This document shows, one piece after another, positions 11,801 to 20,074 of a stretch of 61,118 nt of DNA. The stretch comes from a virus (Duplodnaviria; Caudoviricetes): positions 1 to 61,118 of IMG/VR virus record IMGVR_UViG_3300024264_000034. One strand, given 5' to 3'. Position 1 is the stretch's first letter. Every line of letters begins with the position of its first letter. The notes beneath the pieces are model-generated. The model did not search any database, had not been told where the DNA came from, and was given only the letters and a program-made list of their open reading frames with translations. The position numbers and the translations under genes were made by a program.

Positions 11801-11971
11801 TATATTGATAGGCATTTTGCTATTGCCTTTAAAAAATTGTATTTGGTCTCCATGCTTCTCAAATGCAAAAGACGATCCGGATAGTTTTTCGGTCACTAGC
11901 AAATAATCTTTAAATAGATCATTTACGAATTGTTGCCCTACTTCTTTATATATGTTTGTTAACTCTTTCAT
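8882..11971 (-). CDS. Large multidomain protein: N-terminal RNA-ligase-like nucleotidyltransferase domain, NPETGR motif, possible C-terminal PD-(D/E)xK-like domain (1029 aa)
   Basis: VTEKLSGSSF resembles ligase motif I (KxDG); IDSIIFK and AKMID resemble motifs IV and V. Also KFKNPETGRQVKVSSAL and C-terminal PLGDII...EARSIK. Confidence 0.55.
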   Translation of the reverse strand: MKELTNIYKEVGQQFVNDLFKDYLLVTEKLSGSSFAFEKHGDQIQFFKGNSKMPINIVDRTLMMYYEPAIQYILKQTEGHIQDLPDHWRFCFQYFVHNQPGAIKYDNLPANNLILTHIQVKNAKGKIAKVIEDPRVLRDWASAFQVTPLIPIFSGYLKEEQKRKIREFLSTPREDQMEVFGTGSFAKYLIGCLNPTIDKTTLQNDLNKPIDSIIFKFFRPGTNQTFTAKMIDPYTQMLMKDKEPVDLRRAPADINEILLLDILAFIEERGLRAGELLTNTPQERYVELVNNLFNDYTSKRGTDLQKLDIQKADFAKGPEFDVNLDLIKNSRTKEILQKSDSLKNLYKIMLGSLRKKRNPKRIGAVMTASVIDDFNKMVSKISDSINKETSKEFTTFGEYLNNKVAEEVNHKDLEELVVEEKVLNYNKFINLGKVVIEANAEDQKFKNPETGRQVKVSSALGYDKDTPAYKKAKEIVGGKEPEEDAKKLKGLSRINDVIQKQINDVKDPDQKENAEKVLTAMETINDPNASDEDKQKLFGELVEDGIIKKNQSGSKFYVDTAKTGLYRKVLGDKSSPASIVNVAKDYGLDNIDKESANRIGKKQMTGAKLFGDKKSKTKVGVSEKGVSFDGVNYDKQEIPSTEKLEKIYGSKKEAEKAEAALNKYNAIVEQAQKSFKDQGEMETLSAFPDTPPTTPENRTKLKDGTADIIADGFKKQFGDKKPTKAQEKLMNDFKSLKDIKDPKEYDEKLMSATGAMMLDPYMKTGAADVVEMVSYMRELNKGNNVYMPAASNYPLGDIISISPEKIDYEKDSPEEIQKKIQLIMASVEARSIKKGAGGASASGEKTQLSEYKEFTNSKGQKIPPKETKDDLAKMSDKTKMYSGIFDGTAEDTKKTANEIKDLAKKYDFDLEDPEYVERKTKSINSAIAYVKKKDPDLDEDELRAKYEAYYDLGKAYANTYNETVKSQLFTNEVWGVDKKTGKATVDTTDGINSIAKLKFEFNIGFTKTGRPSNPVPTRFKNTKVEESNI

Positions 11972-11992
11972 TATTAGTTTTTAGTTATACTT

Positions 11993-12021
11993 ATTATATA
12001 TTAGAATTAGCAAATGTTTAA
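11993..12021 (-). promoter_or_regulatory. Putative bipartite phage promoter TTAAAC-N17-TATAAT
   Basis: Minus strand reads TTAAAC atttgctaattctaata TATAAT, about 20 nt upstream of the 11971 start. The same architecture occurs at several other intergenic sites. Confidence 0.5.
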
Positions 12022-12024
12022 AAC

Positions 12025-12052
12025 AAAAAAGATGAGACATTATCTCACCTTT
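12025..12052 (-). terminator. Putative intrinsic terminator
   Basis: Minus strand AAAGGTGAGA-TAATG-TCTCATCTTTTTT forms a stem-loop followed by a T tract, just downstream of 12093..12416. Confidence 0.6.
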
Positions 12053-12092
12053 AACACACTTTTAATATTTTACAATAATTATTACATTATGA

Positions 12093-12416
12093 TTAAGATA
12101 CATCCATATAATCACCGTGGTCGCATGCTATACCCTTTCTAGTTAATTCTTTACAAATTTTATCTAGAGTACCATCTTCATAATACATAGGTAATGTTTC
12201 CTTTATCCCTAATGATGACAGTAGAGATTCAGTAGCATCATAACCTATCTTTGATCTTTTATTTACATTTGCAGTTTTCTTTACATCGTATAAAGAGGTT
12301 CCATAAAATCTACCTCGATCTGTATATACAAAGTTAATCCCTTTTATATTAAAAGGCTTGCCTGCTCTGTCAACATATCTACTACCTTCGTTTATAAATT
12401 CATTAAAGTTTTTCAT
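12093..12416 (-). CDS. Hypothetical protein with T4-like capsid-targeting N-terminus; putative internal head protein (107 aa)
   Basis: Starts MKNFNEFINEG, resembling the T4 internal-protein capsid-targeting sequence MKTYQEFIAE. Confidence 0.65.
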   Translation of the reverse strand: MKNFNEFINEGSRYVDRAGKPFNIKGINFVYTDRGRFYGTSLYDVKKTANVNKRSKIGYDATESLLSSLGIKETLPMYYEDGTLDKICKELTRKGIACDHGDYMDVS

Positions 12417-12417
12417 A

Positions 12418-12786
12418 TTATGCTAATTTAGATTTACCATCCCAGACCTTTACAATATAATCTTTACCATCCTTTTCTAAATATCTTGGATCTTGTTTAG
12501 TAGGTCTCATTAATAATCCGTGCGATCTTTGGCCTCTCCCATGTTTACCTTTTCCCATATCATATCCTCTCTTTGCCATCCAATCAGATCCTCCAGAAAA
12601 GTAAGAAGCGAAATAACCTCGGTTTGATCTGTCATTAGGATCTAAACCTTTATGCTTAACTATTAAGTTTTGTAAATCTTTCCATTTAGATTTGCCATTC
12701 TTTTCAGCATAATCCAATACCATTTTTTTAATAGTGTCCATATCCTTTGATTCATTAAGGGATTCATAAGTATGTAAGTGTTCCAT
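12418..12786 (-). CDS. Basic hypothetical protein, possible winged-helix DNA-binding internal head protein (122 aa)
   Basis: Starts MEHLHTYESLNES; K/R-rich helical core followed by a beta hairpin (YLEKDGKDYIVK). Confidence 0.6.
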   Translation of the reverse strand: MEHLHTYESLNESKDMDTIKKMVLDYAEKNGKSKWKDLQNLIVKHKGLDPNDRSNRGYFASYFSGGSDWMAKRGYDMGKGKHGRGQRSHGLLMRPTKQDPRYLEKDGKDYIVKVWDGKSKLA

Positions 12787-12798
12787 ATTGTTGTTTAT

Positions 12799-12806
12799 TA
12801 TTTATA
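12799..12806 (-). promoter_or_regulatory. TATAAATA box identical to the T4 late promoter consensus
   Basis: Plus-strand tatttata at 12799-12806, 12 nt upstream of the 12786 start. Confidence 0.45.
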
Positions 12807-12873
12807 TAAATATAATCAATTTTTTATTGTTGTGGCCATAATTCTCTAATTATTTTTAGAAAGTTATTAACAA

Positions 12874-14145
12874 TTATCTACCAAATTTAATTATACCCAT
12901 TAATTGATTAATTGCAGCAAAAGTACCAGTAAGCTTATAGATCTTACCTTTATATTTAAATACAATACCTTCCGTTGGAAATATTGATTCTATACCACCA
13001 ATACGACTTAGCCTTGCAAGCTCAGCTTCAACTTTTTTAACTTGTTCTACGCCGCCTGTCTTTTTAATCTTACTTGCTTGAGTTTCAATTTCTTTTCTTA
13101 GTCTTTGTGCTTCACCTGATGGATTAGCAGCTAAGAAGTTAGAAGCATTTTTCATAATGATAGAACCTAGCTCTAAAAACAGATCTTCAAATGGTCTAAT
13201 GTTTTCTTTATACTTTTTAGCAACATCTTCTTTATCAAACTTCTTAACTAGTGCAGCTTCATTAGGACCAACTTGTTTAGCTAAAGATCTCATGTTTAAA
13301 CTCTTCTTATCACCGTATGCCCATCTTCTAAGTAAACCTTCTTTAACGTCCTGAGATAGAGTTGGAAATTCTTTATCTATTAATTCTCTCCACCACATTT
13401 CATGATATCTTGAAACTTCATCACCGTCGTTTAAACCATATCTTTTTTCTAAAGCATTAACTTGATTAATAAACTTTTTCTTATTTGCAGTAAAATCTAA
13501 ATCTCTTTGTAATTGAATTACTTTAGGCGGTATAATTTTAAATGTTTTACCAATATCAGCCTTTACCTTTTGAAGTATATTTGTTATTTCTTTTGCAGGT
13601 TTATTATTTGTACCTATGATATTACCTTTACCATCTGTTTCTTTTATCCCATGAAATTGTATAACATCTCTATCATAATGAATAACGTTTGGATTCAATG
13701 AATAGATTAGTTCCATATTCATAAAATCTTTTCCATTCTTAAAATACTTTTCTTGATCTGCTGGTGAAAGTTTTCTTAATAGCTTATCTAAATCTCTAGC
13801 AGCCAAGATAAATGTTTCTTCAACTAGCTTTGATGCATGTCCTGTAAACATATCAATGGTACCATTAAGATCTAGAGGGTTTGCCATTTGACCTTTATTT
13901 CTAGCAAATTTTACTTTACCATCTTGGATAGTTACAAATAAGTTTTGCCCGTCAGTTTTTTCTGTAGGATCTTCTTCAAAGTTTAACTGTCCCCTAAGAC
14001 CAGCATCAACCATTGCTTTAAAATCACCAAAGGTTAACTCTTTATTATCAAATGGATGCTGCATATGACCAGCTGCACCACCTTCAAACAAAAATGGCTG
14101 ACTTTTGTCAGTCAGCCACTCTTCAAACAATTTTATATGTTTCAT
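12874..14145 (-). CDS. RNA-ligase/capping-superfamily nucleotidyltransferase with capsid-targeting-like leader (423 aa)
   Basis: Motif I TEKTDGQN (KxDG), motif III NMELI, motif IV TEGIVFK and motif V YKLTG; N-terminus MKHIKLFEEW...LFE|GGAAGHMQHPFD. Confidence 0.7.
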   Translation of the reverse strand: MKHIKLFEEWLTDKSQPFLFEGGAAGHMQHPFDNKELTFGDFKAMVDAGLRGQLNFEEDPTEKTDGQNLFVTIQDGKVKFARNKGQMANPLDLNGTIDMFTGHASKLVEETFILAARDLDKLLRKLSPADQEKYFKNGKDFMNMELIYSLNPNVIHYDRDVIQFHGIKETDGKGNIIGTNNKPAKEITNILQKVKADIGKTFKIIPPKVIQLQRDLDFTANKKKFINQVNALEKRYGLNDGDEVSRYHEMWWRELIDKEFPTLSQDVKEGLLRRWAYGDKKSLNMRSLAKQVGPNEAALVKKFDKEDVAKKYKENIRPFEDLFLELGSIIMKNASNFLAANPSGEAQRLRKEIETQASKIKKTGGVEQVKKVEAELARLSRIGGIESIFPTEGIVFKYKGKIYKLTGTFAAINQLMGIIKFGR

Positions 14146-14159
14146 TTAGTTTGTTTTTA

Positions 14160-15701
14160 TTATGATCCCATAGTAGATTGTAAAGCTCCAACCATTGCTC
14201 CATAGTCTTCACCATACTTATCAATTAAACCATCAGCAGTTTCAGTTGCTTTAGTTTCATCAAAGTCATCTCCGAATGCATCTTTTAACATTTTCATTGC
14301 ATATTCTTTAAATTGATCAGCAGATTTAATTTCAGCTTCATTTACTTTACCTAATTTATTATTAGCAAGCTTTCTGAACTTTTCAGCAATTGAATCATCG
14401 GCTAATACTTCTTCCTCTTCTTTAACCAGTGGAATTTCGATACCGTCCTCAGATACATCGTTTGGTGAATCAGGAATTACTTCAGTAACCTTTTGATCTG
14501 GTGTAATTAATTCTTTACCTTTACCTTCAACATTTTTAGGTTTACCTCTTTCCATTGTATCTCCTGCAATACCTGCAGCAGTTTCTGGCCCGTCACCTTT
14601 AATTACAGGAATTGCAATTCCATCATCTCCGGCAATTTCATCAGCAATTTCATCACCTTCAACTTTAGTAATTACTTCGCCAATAGCTTCTTCTACAGAT
14701 TCTTCTTTCTTATCATCTTCATCTTCAAAATCTTCACCATCATGTGTTTTAGATTTGTCGCCTTTGTTTCCACCTAACACAACTCTGTCATAAGCCTCAT
14801 TTACAAAGGATGAGAAAGACATAATTTTAGATTCATTTTTATCTTCTTCTTCTTTGTCGTATTCAACATCTTTCTTTAGAGCATCTATTTCTTTATCATC
14901 AGATTTAACAGCCCCTTTATAATGGTCAGCTTTTTCTTTGTCATCTTCAGAATCAACTTTCTTATCTCCTTTATCTTCTAATTCATCACCTTCTTTTTCA
15001 TCTTCCATACCTTTGGCTTCTTCACCTTCAGCAAGAGGATCGGCAGAGGCTGCCATAGGAACAGCATAATCTTCAGGCTCCTCATCGTCATCATGATAAG
15101 AAATGTTTTTATTAATAGTTTCTTCTTTTTCTTTAATGAAATCTTCAAAGGCCATTATTCTTCTAGTAGCTTTTGGAGTTTCTTCTTCTTCTGAAGCAAC
15201 ATCAACACCGTCCTCATCCTCGACCTCATCGGCTTCAGCTGGAACTTCTGCTGTAATTTCTTGATCATCAGAAACTTCTTCACCTTCTTTATCTTCTAGA
15301 GATTTAGTAGCACCAATTTTATTTACTTCGTCTTCGATATCTTCAGCAGTATCTTCTTCAACTTCAGCAACTTCAGAATCAGTAGCAACAACTTCTTCAT
15401 CACCTTCTTTATCTTTGGTACCTTCTAGTGATTTAGCTTTACCTTTGACTTTCATTTCATCTTCAATATCTTCAGCTCTGTCTTCTTCAACACCATCCTC
15501 AGATATATCATTACTTTTAGCAAATGTCTTAGACATTGCTTCGAGTTTAGAAAGAAGATCTTTCTCCTTCTTTAACTCTTCTATACTGTCAAAACCAATC
15601 TTTTTGATCAATTCATCAACAGCTTCTTTTGTTACTTTTGCAGACTCATTGATCGGTTGATCTTTTGCAGTCATAGCAGAAAACTTTTTGATTGACTTCA
15701 T
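14160..15701 (-). CDS. Highly acidic low-complexity protein, putative prohead core/internal scaffolding protein (513 aa)
   Basis: D/E/K-rich with internal repeats (VEEDRAEDIEDE/VEEDTAEDIEDE; KSLEG/KSLED) and capsid-targeting-like motifs (MKSIKKFS..INE, IMAFEDFIKE, IMSFSSFVNE). Confidence 0.6.
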   Translation of the reverse strand: MKSIKKFSAMTAKDQPINESAKVTKEAVDELIKKIGFDSIEELKKEKDLLSKLEAMSKTFAKSNDISEDGVEEDRAEDIEDEMKVKGKAKSLEGTKDKEGDEEVVATDSEVAEVEEDTAEDIEDEVNKIGATKSLEDKEGEEVSDDQEITAEVPAEADEVEDEDGVDVASEEEETPKATRRIMAFEDFIKEKEETINKNISYHDDDEEPEDYAVPMAASADPLAEGEEAKGMEDEKEGDELEDKGDKKVDSEDDKEKADHYKGAVKSDDKEIDALKKDVEYDKEEEDKNESKIMSFSSFVNEAYDRVVLGGNKGDKSKTHDGEDFEDEDDKKEESVEEAIGEVITKVEGDEIADEIAGDDGIAIPVIKGDGPETAAGIAGDTMERGKPKNVEGKGKELITPDQKVTEVIPDSPNDVSEDGIEIPLVKEEEEVLADDSIAEKFRKLANNKLGKVNEAEIKSADQFKEYAMKMLKDAFGDDFDETKATETADGLIDKYGEDYGAMVGALQSTMGS

Positions 15702-15756
15702 TTTAGTTATTTTATTTTTTTTATATATCCATGTCTTAGTGAAAAGATATTCTATA

Positions 15757-17262
15757 TTAGAATCTTATGTTCTGAACTTCAAATGGAAACTTTTCTTCTT
15801 TATATATTGTTCGCCTAGCAATACCGTGGCGGTAGATATAGTTAACCCAATCATGGTCTTCGGTCTTATATCTAAAATCATCTATAAAATCATAGATTTT
15901 AACTACGTCCTTAGATGAATGCTTTCTTAATCCTCTACCAATACTTTGTCTAATAATTACCTCAGACTTAAAGCTTTCAGTAAAAAAGATATTATGTATG
16001 TTTTTAATAGAAATACCAGTAGAAAAAGTACCATAAGATGCTACAATAATAACATCATCATTTTTTTCCATTCTACTTTTAAATTCTTCTCTTATATCTA
16101 CATTAACAGATCCGTCTACATAATAAACCTTTTTATCAGTTATATGTCTTAATTTATTATATAGTTTTTCACCGTATGCAATCTTATGGAATAATACTAA
16201 TGAATTTGATGTAGATTTTTTAATTACTTGGCAAACAAAATCTAACCTCTTTTCGCTTTGATTTATAAAGTTTTGTTCTAATCCAAATAATTTTTGCCTA
16301 TCTTGTGGATTTTTAGATAAAAAAGAAAAAGATTCTTTTTGTGCATCTGTTGCATAATCCATATGAAGTTGCATAACTTTACAGCTGGCTATATAGCCTT
16401 CCTCTTGTAATTGATTTGCTTTAACTTGTGTAACCAAAGGTCCCATAGCAGACATTAAGCTTAATCTATTAACAGTTCCTTTTTTAGGAATAGTTCCACT
16501 TAAACCAAATCTAAAATCACAATGCCAACATTTATCCATAATTTTTTGAATAGAGTTAGCTTTTGCTTTATGTGTTTCATCTACAAAAACAGCATCAAAT
16601 TGACTAAAATATTCCTCGTCTTTTTTAACTAAGGATTGATATGTCCCAATTACTAAATTAGAACTTTTTCTTATTTTTACCCCAGCATATATTTGTTGTG
16701 TCTTTAAAGGAATTCCTACTTTATTATATTCATCAAAATCACCTGTTGCTTGTAATACTAAATTTACATTAGGAACTATCATTAAGATTTTTTTCTTTCC
16801 TAATTTATCCATAAGATATGCAACGACCATAAAAGATATTAAGGTTTTACCCGCGGATGTTGCAAGTTCAGCCAAACATCTTCTATACTTTAAAATTTTA
16901 AATGCTGCATCTATTTGATATTCCCTAGGTTTAAAATCAGGTTGAGTTTTAAAAATTTCAGTTACCCATAATCTGAATTCATCTTCTTTAATTTCAGTAT
17001 CAAAAATATTAGTTATATTATTAAGAGAACACTGAAAATCGTAATCCTTACATATATCTAATATTTCTTTCCATAAACCAGCAGGGATCTTATTTCTTTT
17101 TACAAATGATACATTACCATCCCACACTCTCTTTTTAACCAAAGGGTGAAAGCGCCAACCTTCAATCTTTTTAGTTAAACTACTTTTTAGTTGTTCATAC
17201 TCTAATTCAGTACAAGCATCAATAACCAAAAACTTTTTATTTTCCGAGAGTGATAATTCCAT
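15757..17262 (-). CDS. uvsW: UvsW-like superfamily 2 DNA helicase
   Basis: PREYQ Q-motif, ATSAGKT Walker A, DETH, SGT and QSIGRGLR motif VI; 501 aa, next to a uvsY-like gene as in T4. Confidence 0.9.
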   Translation of the reverse strand: MELSLSENKKFLVIDACTELEYEQLKSSLTKKIEGWRFHPLVKKRVWDGNVSFVKRNKIPAGLWKEILDICKDYDFQCSLNNITNIFDTEIKEDEFRLWVTEIFKTQPDFKPREYQIDAAFKILKYRRCLAELATSAGKTLISFMVVAYLMDKLGKKKILMIVPNVNLVLQATGDFDEYNKVGIPLKTQQIYAGVKIRKSSNLVIGTYQSLVKKDEEYFSQFDAVFVDETHKAKANSIQKIMDKCWHCDFRFGLSGTIPKKGTVNRLSLMSAMGPLVTQVKANQLQEEGYIASCKVMQLHMDYATDAQKESFSFLSKNPQDRQKLFGLEQNFINQSEKRLDFVCQVIKKSTSNSLVLFHKIAYGEKLYNKLRHITDKKVYYVDGSVNVDIREEFKSRMEKNDDVIIVASYGTFSTGISIKNIHNIFFTESFKSEVIIRQSIGRGLRKHSSKDVVKIYDFIDDFRYKTEDHDWVNYIYRHGIARRTIYKEEKFPFEVQNIRF

Positions 17263-17711
17263 TAGTATTCTTTATCGTCTAAGCTAATTCTATTTCTTAT
17301 TGCAAATGCTAAATTATCACAAGTCTTTATACATTCTTGGTAATAATCCATATGAGATTGTAACATTTCCATTTGTGTTCTTAAATGAGATAAGTCAGCT
17401 TTAATAAAAGCAACCTTTTCTCCGCTTGTTAATTTAACATCATAGTCAATTGAATATTCCCTATACTTAATTTTATAGTATCTGTCATATGCACCTTGTC
17501 TTTTTTGTTTCGTTGTTTTAAAGTCTGTAATTTTATCTAATAAAATTTGTCTATAAGATAACATATTTACTTGACACTCAGCCAAATTACGAACTTCTTT
17601 TAATAAACTAACTAAATGACTTATCTTTATTTTCCAATCATCTCTATCTTTAGCTAATCTTTTTGCTAATTCCTCATTAGCCTCTCCTGTTGCAGTGTCA
17701 TTATATTCCAT
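17262..17711 (-). CDS. uvsY: UvsY-like recombination mediator protein
   Basis: 149-aa helical protein adjacent to uvsW; C-terminal LAFAIRNRI resembles the T4 UvsY C-terminus. Confidence 0.6.
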   Translation of the reverse strand: MEYNDTATGEANEELAKRLAKDRDDWKIKISHLVSLLKEVRNLAECQVNMLSYRQILLDKITDFKTTKQKRQGAYDRYYKIKYREYSIDYDVKLTSGEKVAFIKADLSHLRTQMEMLQSHMDYYQECIKTCDNLAFAIRNRISLDDKEY

Positions 17712-17936
17712 TTAAAATATACCTTTATCTTTATTAATCTTTTTATAACCCTTTACTTTAGGCTGAAACTTCTTTTTAGGTACTTCTGTAATAGAAAAAT
17801 TAGTTTTTACATCAGCTAATTCTGATTTATTAAAATTAGAAAATAACTTTAATTTTTTATTACTGTTTTCTAAATCTTTATAAAAGTCATCTACTTCTTC
17901 GCTCACAAAATTATTATAATTTTTTAAATTCATCAT
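17712..17936 (-). CDS. Small hypothetical protein (74 aa)
   Basis: ATGA overlap with the primase stop; N-terminus MMNLKNYNNFVSEE is capsid-targeting-like; basic C-terminus. Confidence 0.55.
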   Translation of the reverse strand: MMNLKNYNNFVSEEVDDFYKDLENSNKKLKLFSNFNKSELADVKTNFSITEVPKKKFQPKVKGYKKINKDKGIF

Positions 17937-19006
17937 ATGTAAATAATATCTAATGAATCTTTTGTAAAATATTTATCAAGGTCTCCTAAGCACCCGGATC
18001 GATTAGTATACTCCCATTTTACTAAATCATTTAAATCTTTTACTTTTCTTTTAGGAATGTCAAAATCCTTTAACAACTTATCCCACATAAATACAGTTTG
18101 GCCGCCTTTTAATTTTTCTATCATTCTGCTTTTACCTTCCAAATCATTGTCAAAGAAATATCTTGCAGTAGGTATTTCATTAAATTCAATTATTTGTTTT
18201 TTAACTCCAGTTAATCCTATAGAATTATTCATAAACATTGCATCTATAGGACCTTCAAAAATAGAAAAGTCCCGTGACATATCAACTGTTAATATTCCAA
18301 ATAACATTGATATTTTATTTAAGTTATCCAGCTCTTCTTCTGTAACACCTAGCTTTAATTTTAACCTATCATATATTCTTTCAATATTCCACGTTTTATA
18401 TTTAGGACCACCATTACCACCTAAGTCTCTAGTTTGGAATCCTAATATTTTACCCTCAGGAGTTAAATTAAAAACATATAGTTCTCTACGTCTAGGATCA
18501 AATCCAAACCTTTCTGTCTTATGATGGAGTAATCTACTTTTTAAATAAGGGTACGCTTGGTATGTTAACGTGTTAATTGGATATACATTAAAACCTAATG
18601 CTATTTCATCAAAAGTTAATGCTAATTCTTTTGCTTTATCAAAAAGATAAAAATCTAGATTTTCACCTAATGAAAAATGTTTTCGGTTTTCTTTAATATA
18701 ATTAATAACATTAACTCTATCATCACCTTCAAAATTTTCATTATGTTCTGCCAAGAATACATCTAAAGATGCATGAGCAGAGCAATTATAACAATGAAAG
18801 AATAAATCATTCCAATAAATATTACCTCTCTTTTTTCTAGGAGTATCATGCGAATCACCACAATAAGGGCAGGCAAAATTTAGCCTACCTTTACTCTCCA
18901 GTATTCTTCTTTTCTCTGGATGAGTATGGTTAGTATGAAGAACTCGGACCACCTTATCAATGATCCGAGCTTTCATTTCAGAAGATATTATTACTTCTTC
19001 TGCCAT
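17933..19006 (-). CDS. DNA primase (T4 gp61-like)
   Basis: Zn finger FACPYCGDS...FHCYNC; TOPRIM motifs IFEGPIDAMF, FFDND and KDLND. Confidence 0.9.
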   Translation of the reverse strand: MAEEVIISSEMKARIIDKVVRVLHTNHTHPEKRRILESKGRLNFACPYCGDSHDTPRKKRGNIYWNDLFFHCYNCSAHASLDVFLAEHNENFEGDDRVNVINYIKENRKHFSLGENLDFYLFDKAKELALTFDEIALGFNVYPINTLTYQAYPYLKSRLLHHKTERFGFDPRRRELYVFNLTPEGKILGFQTRDLGGNGGPKYKTWNIERIYDRLKLKLGVTEEELDNLNKISMLFGILTVDMSRDFSIFEGPIDAMFMNNSIGLTGVKKQIIEFNEIPTARYFFDNDLEGKSRMIEKLKGGQTVFMWDKLLKDFDIPKRKVKDLNDLVKWEYTNRSGCLGDLDKYFTKDSLDIIYI

Positions 19007-19011
19007 ACTTA

Positions 19012-19938
19012 TTAAAGATCTAAACCATTAATGAAATCATCAAAGTCATCTTTCTTTTCTTCACCTGCTGCAACAGGTTCAGCTTTAGGAGTTTCCTTTG
19101 TTTCAGTTGTTGCCTTCGTGGCAGCAGCTTCAGTAACTTTAGTATTTACTGGTGCTGGTTTTGATCTAGTGATATTTTGAATTGAATCACCAGGGGATGC
19201 GAATTGAGATAATACATTCATTACCTTTCCTCGTATTACATCATCCCATGCCTTGTAACCCCAAGATGTTAAATCCGGAGCATCCTTTAATAAATCCAAT
19301 ATTGCTTTACGACTAGCATCATCATCAGATACTGCTTCACCATTGATTGTCATTGGAGATTTATTACCGTGGAATTTACTTGAATCATAATTAGGGAATC
19401 CACCTTTCTTTGAAATTACTAATTCAAAATTCTTTCCTTCAAACGGATCAAATACTTGAGTAGGTTCATCAAATTGAGGATTAAGTTCTTCATCAATTTT
19501 TGTTTTGATTTTATAACCAAACTTCATGATTTTAACTTGTCCTTCAAGGTCTCTATTTTGTGGATCCTTTATGATTTGTACCAATGCATAGAATACTTCT
19601 CTACGCTTTAAACCTTCTGACATCTTTTTATCTACAGCAGATTCAGAGTTTCTTAGTTTAAAGAACATATCCTGTACAGGACATTTTTCTCCAACCGTTG
19701 AAGGGGAATCAGCGAAAAAGCCGTTTCCTTCTCTGTCTTCTAACCAATAGACATACTTTCTTTCAAATGGTTTTCTTGGGTTTTTTGCATTAGGTAGAAA
19801 CCTAATTAAAGAACGGTAAGTTCCGTCCTGTCCTTGATCTGGTTTAGGTGAATAAAGATCACTCCCTGCGGAAGATGGTCTTTCACCAGTGTCTAAATCT
19901 TTTACACTTACGTTAAAAATGTCAAATTCGTTTGCCAT
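19012..19938 (-). CDS. Single-stranded DNA-binding protein (T4 gp32-like)
   Basis: IRFLP, GEKCPV, FDPFEGKNF and NYDSSKF motifs, Ala/Thr/Pro linker and acidic tail DDFDDFINGLDL. Confidence 0.88.
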   Translation of the reverse strand: MANEFDIFNVSVKDLDTGERPSSAGSDLYSPKPDQGQDGTYRSLIRFLPNAKNPRKPFERKYVYWLEDREGNGFFADSPSTVGEKCPVQDMFFKLRNSESAVDKKMSEGLKRREVFYALVQIIKDPQNRDLEGQVKIMKFGYKIKTKIDEELNPQFDEPTQVFDPFEGKNFELVISKKGGFPNYDSSKFHGNKSPMTINGEAVSDDDASRKAILDLLKDAPDLTSWGYKAWDDVIRGKVMNVLSQFASPGDSIQNITRSKPAPVNTKVTEAAATKATTETKETPKAEPVAAGEEKKDDFDDFINGLDL

Positions 19939-19944
19939 GTTAAT

Positions 19945-20070
19945 TGCCTTTTTTTGTTATTAATTTATGTTATGATAACAAACCTCCATATCTAAACGCC
20001 TTTTAATTTATTGCCTATTTACTTCGCCTTGTTATCGCCTTTTAAAAGTACCAAACTTTTTAGTACCTTT
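19945..20070 (-). promoter_or_regulatory. Structured 5' leader of the SSB gene: 12-bp hairpin plus five AGGC(A/G) repeats
   Basis: Minus strand AAAGGTACTAAA-AAG-TTTGGTACTTTT (20044-20070), then AGGCG/AGGCA at 20036-40, 20025-29, 20012-16, 19997-20001 and 19945-49. Confidence 0.5.
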
Positions 20071-20074
20071 GTTT

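Noticed and set aside
15757-19938. Inteins or introns in helicase, primase or SSB
   Set aside because: Protein lengths are ordinary, and no Hint or homing-endonuclease motifs or frame interruptions were seen.
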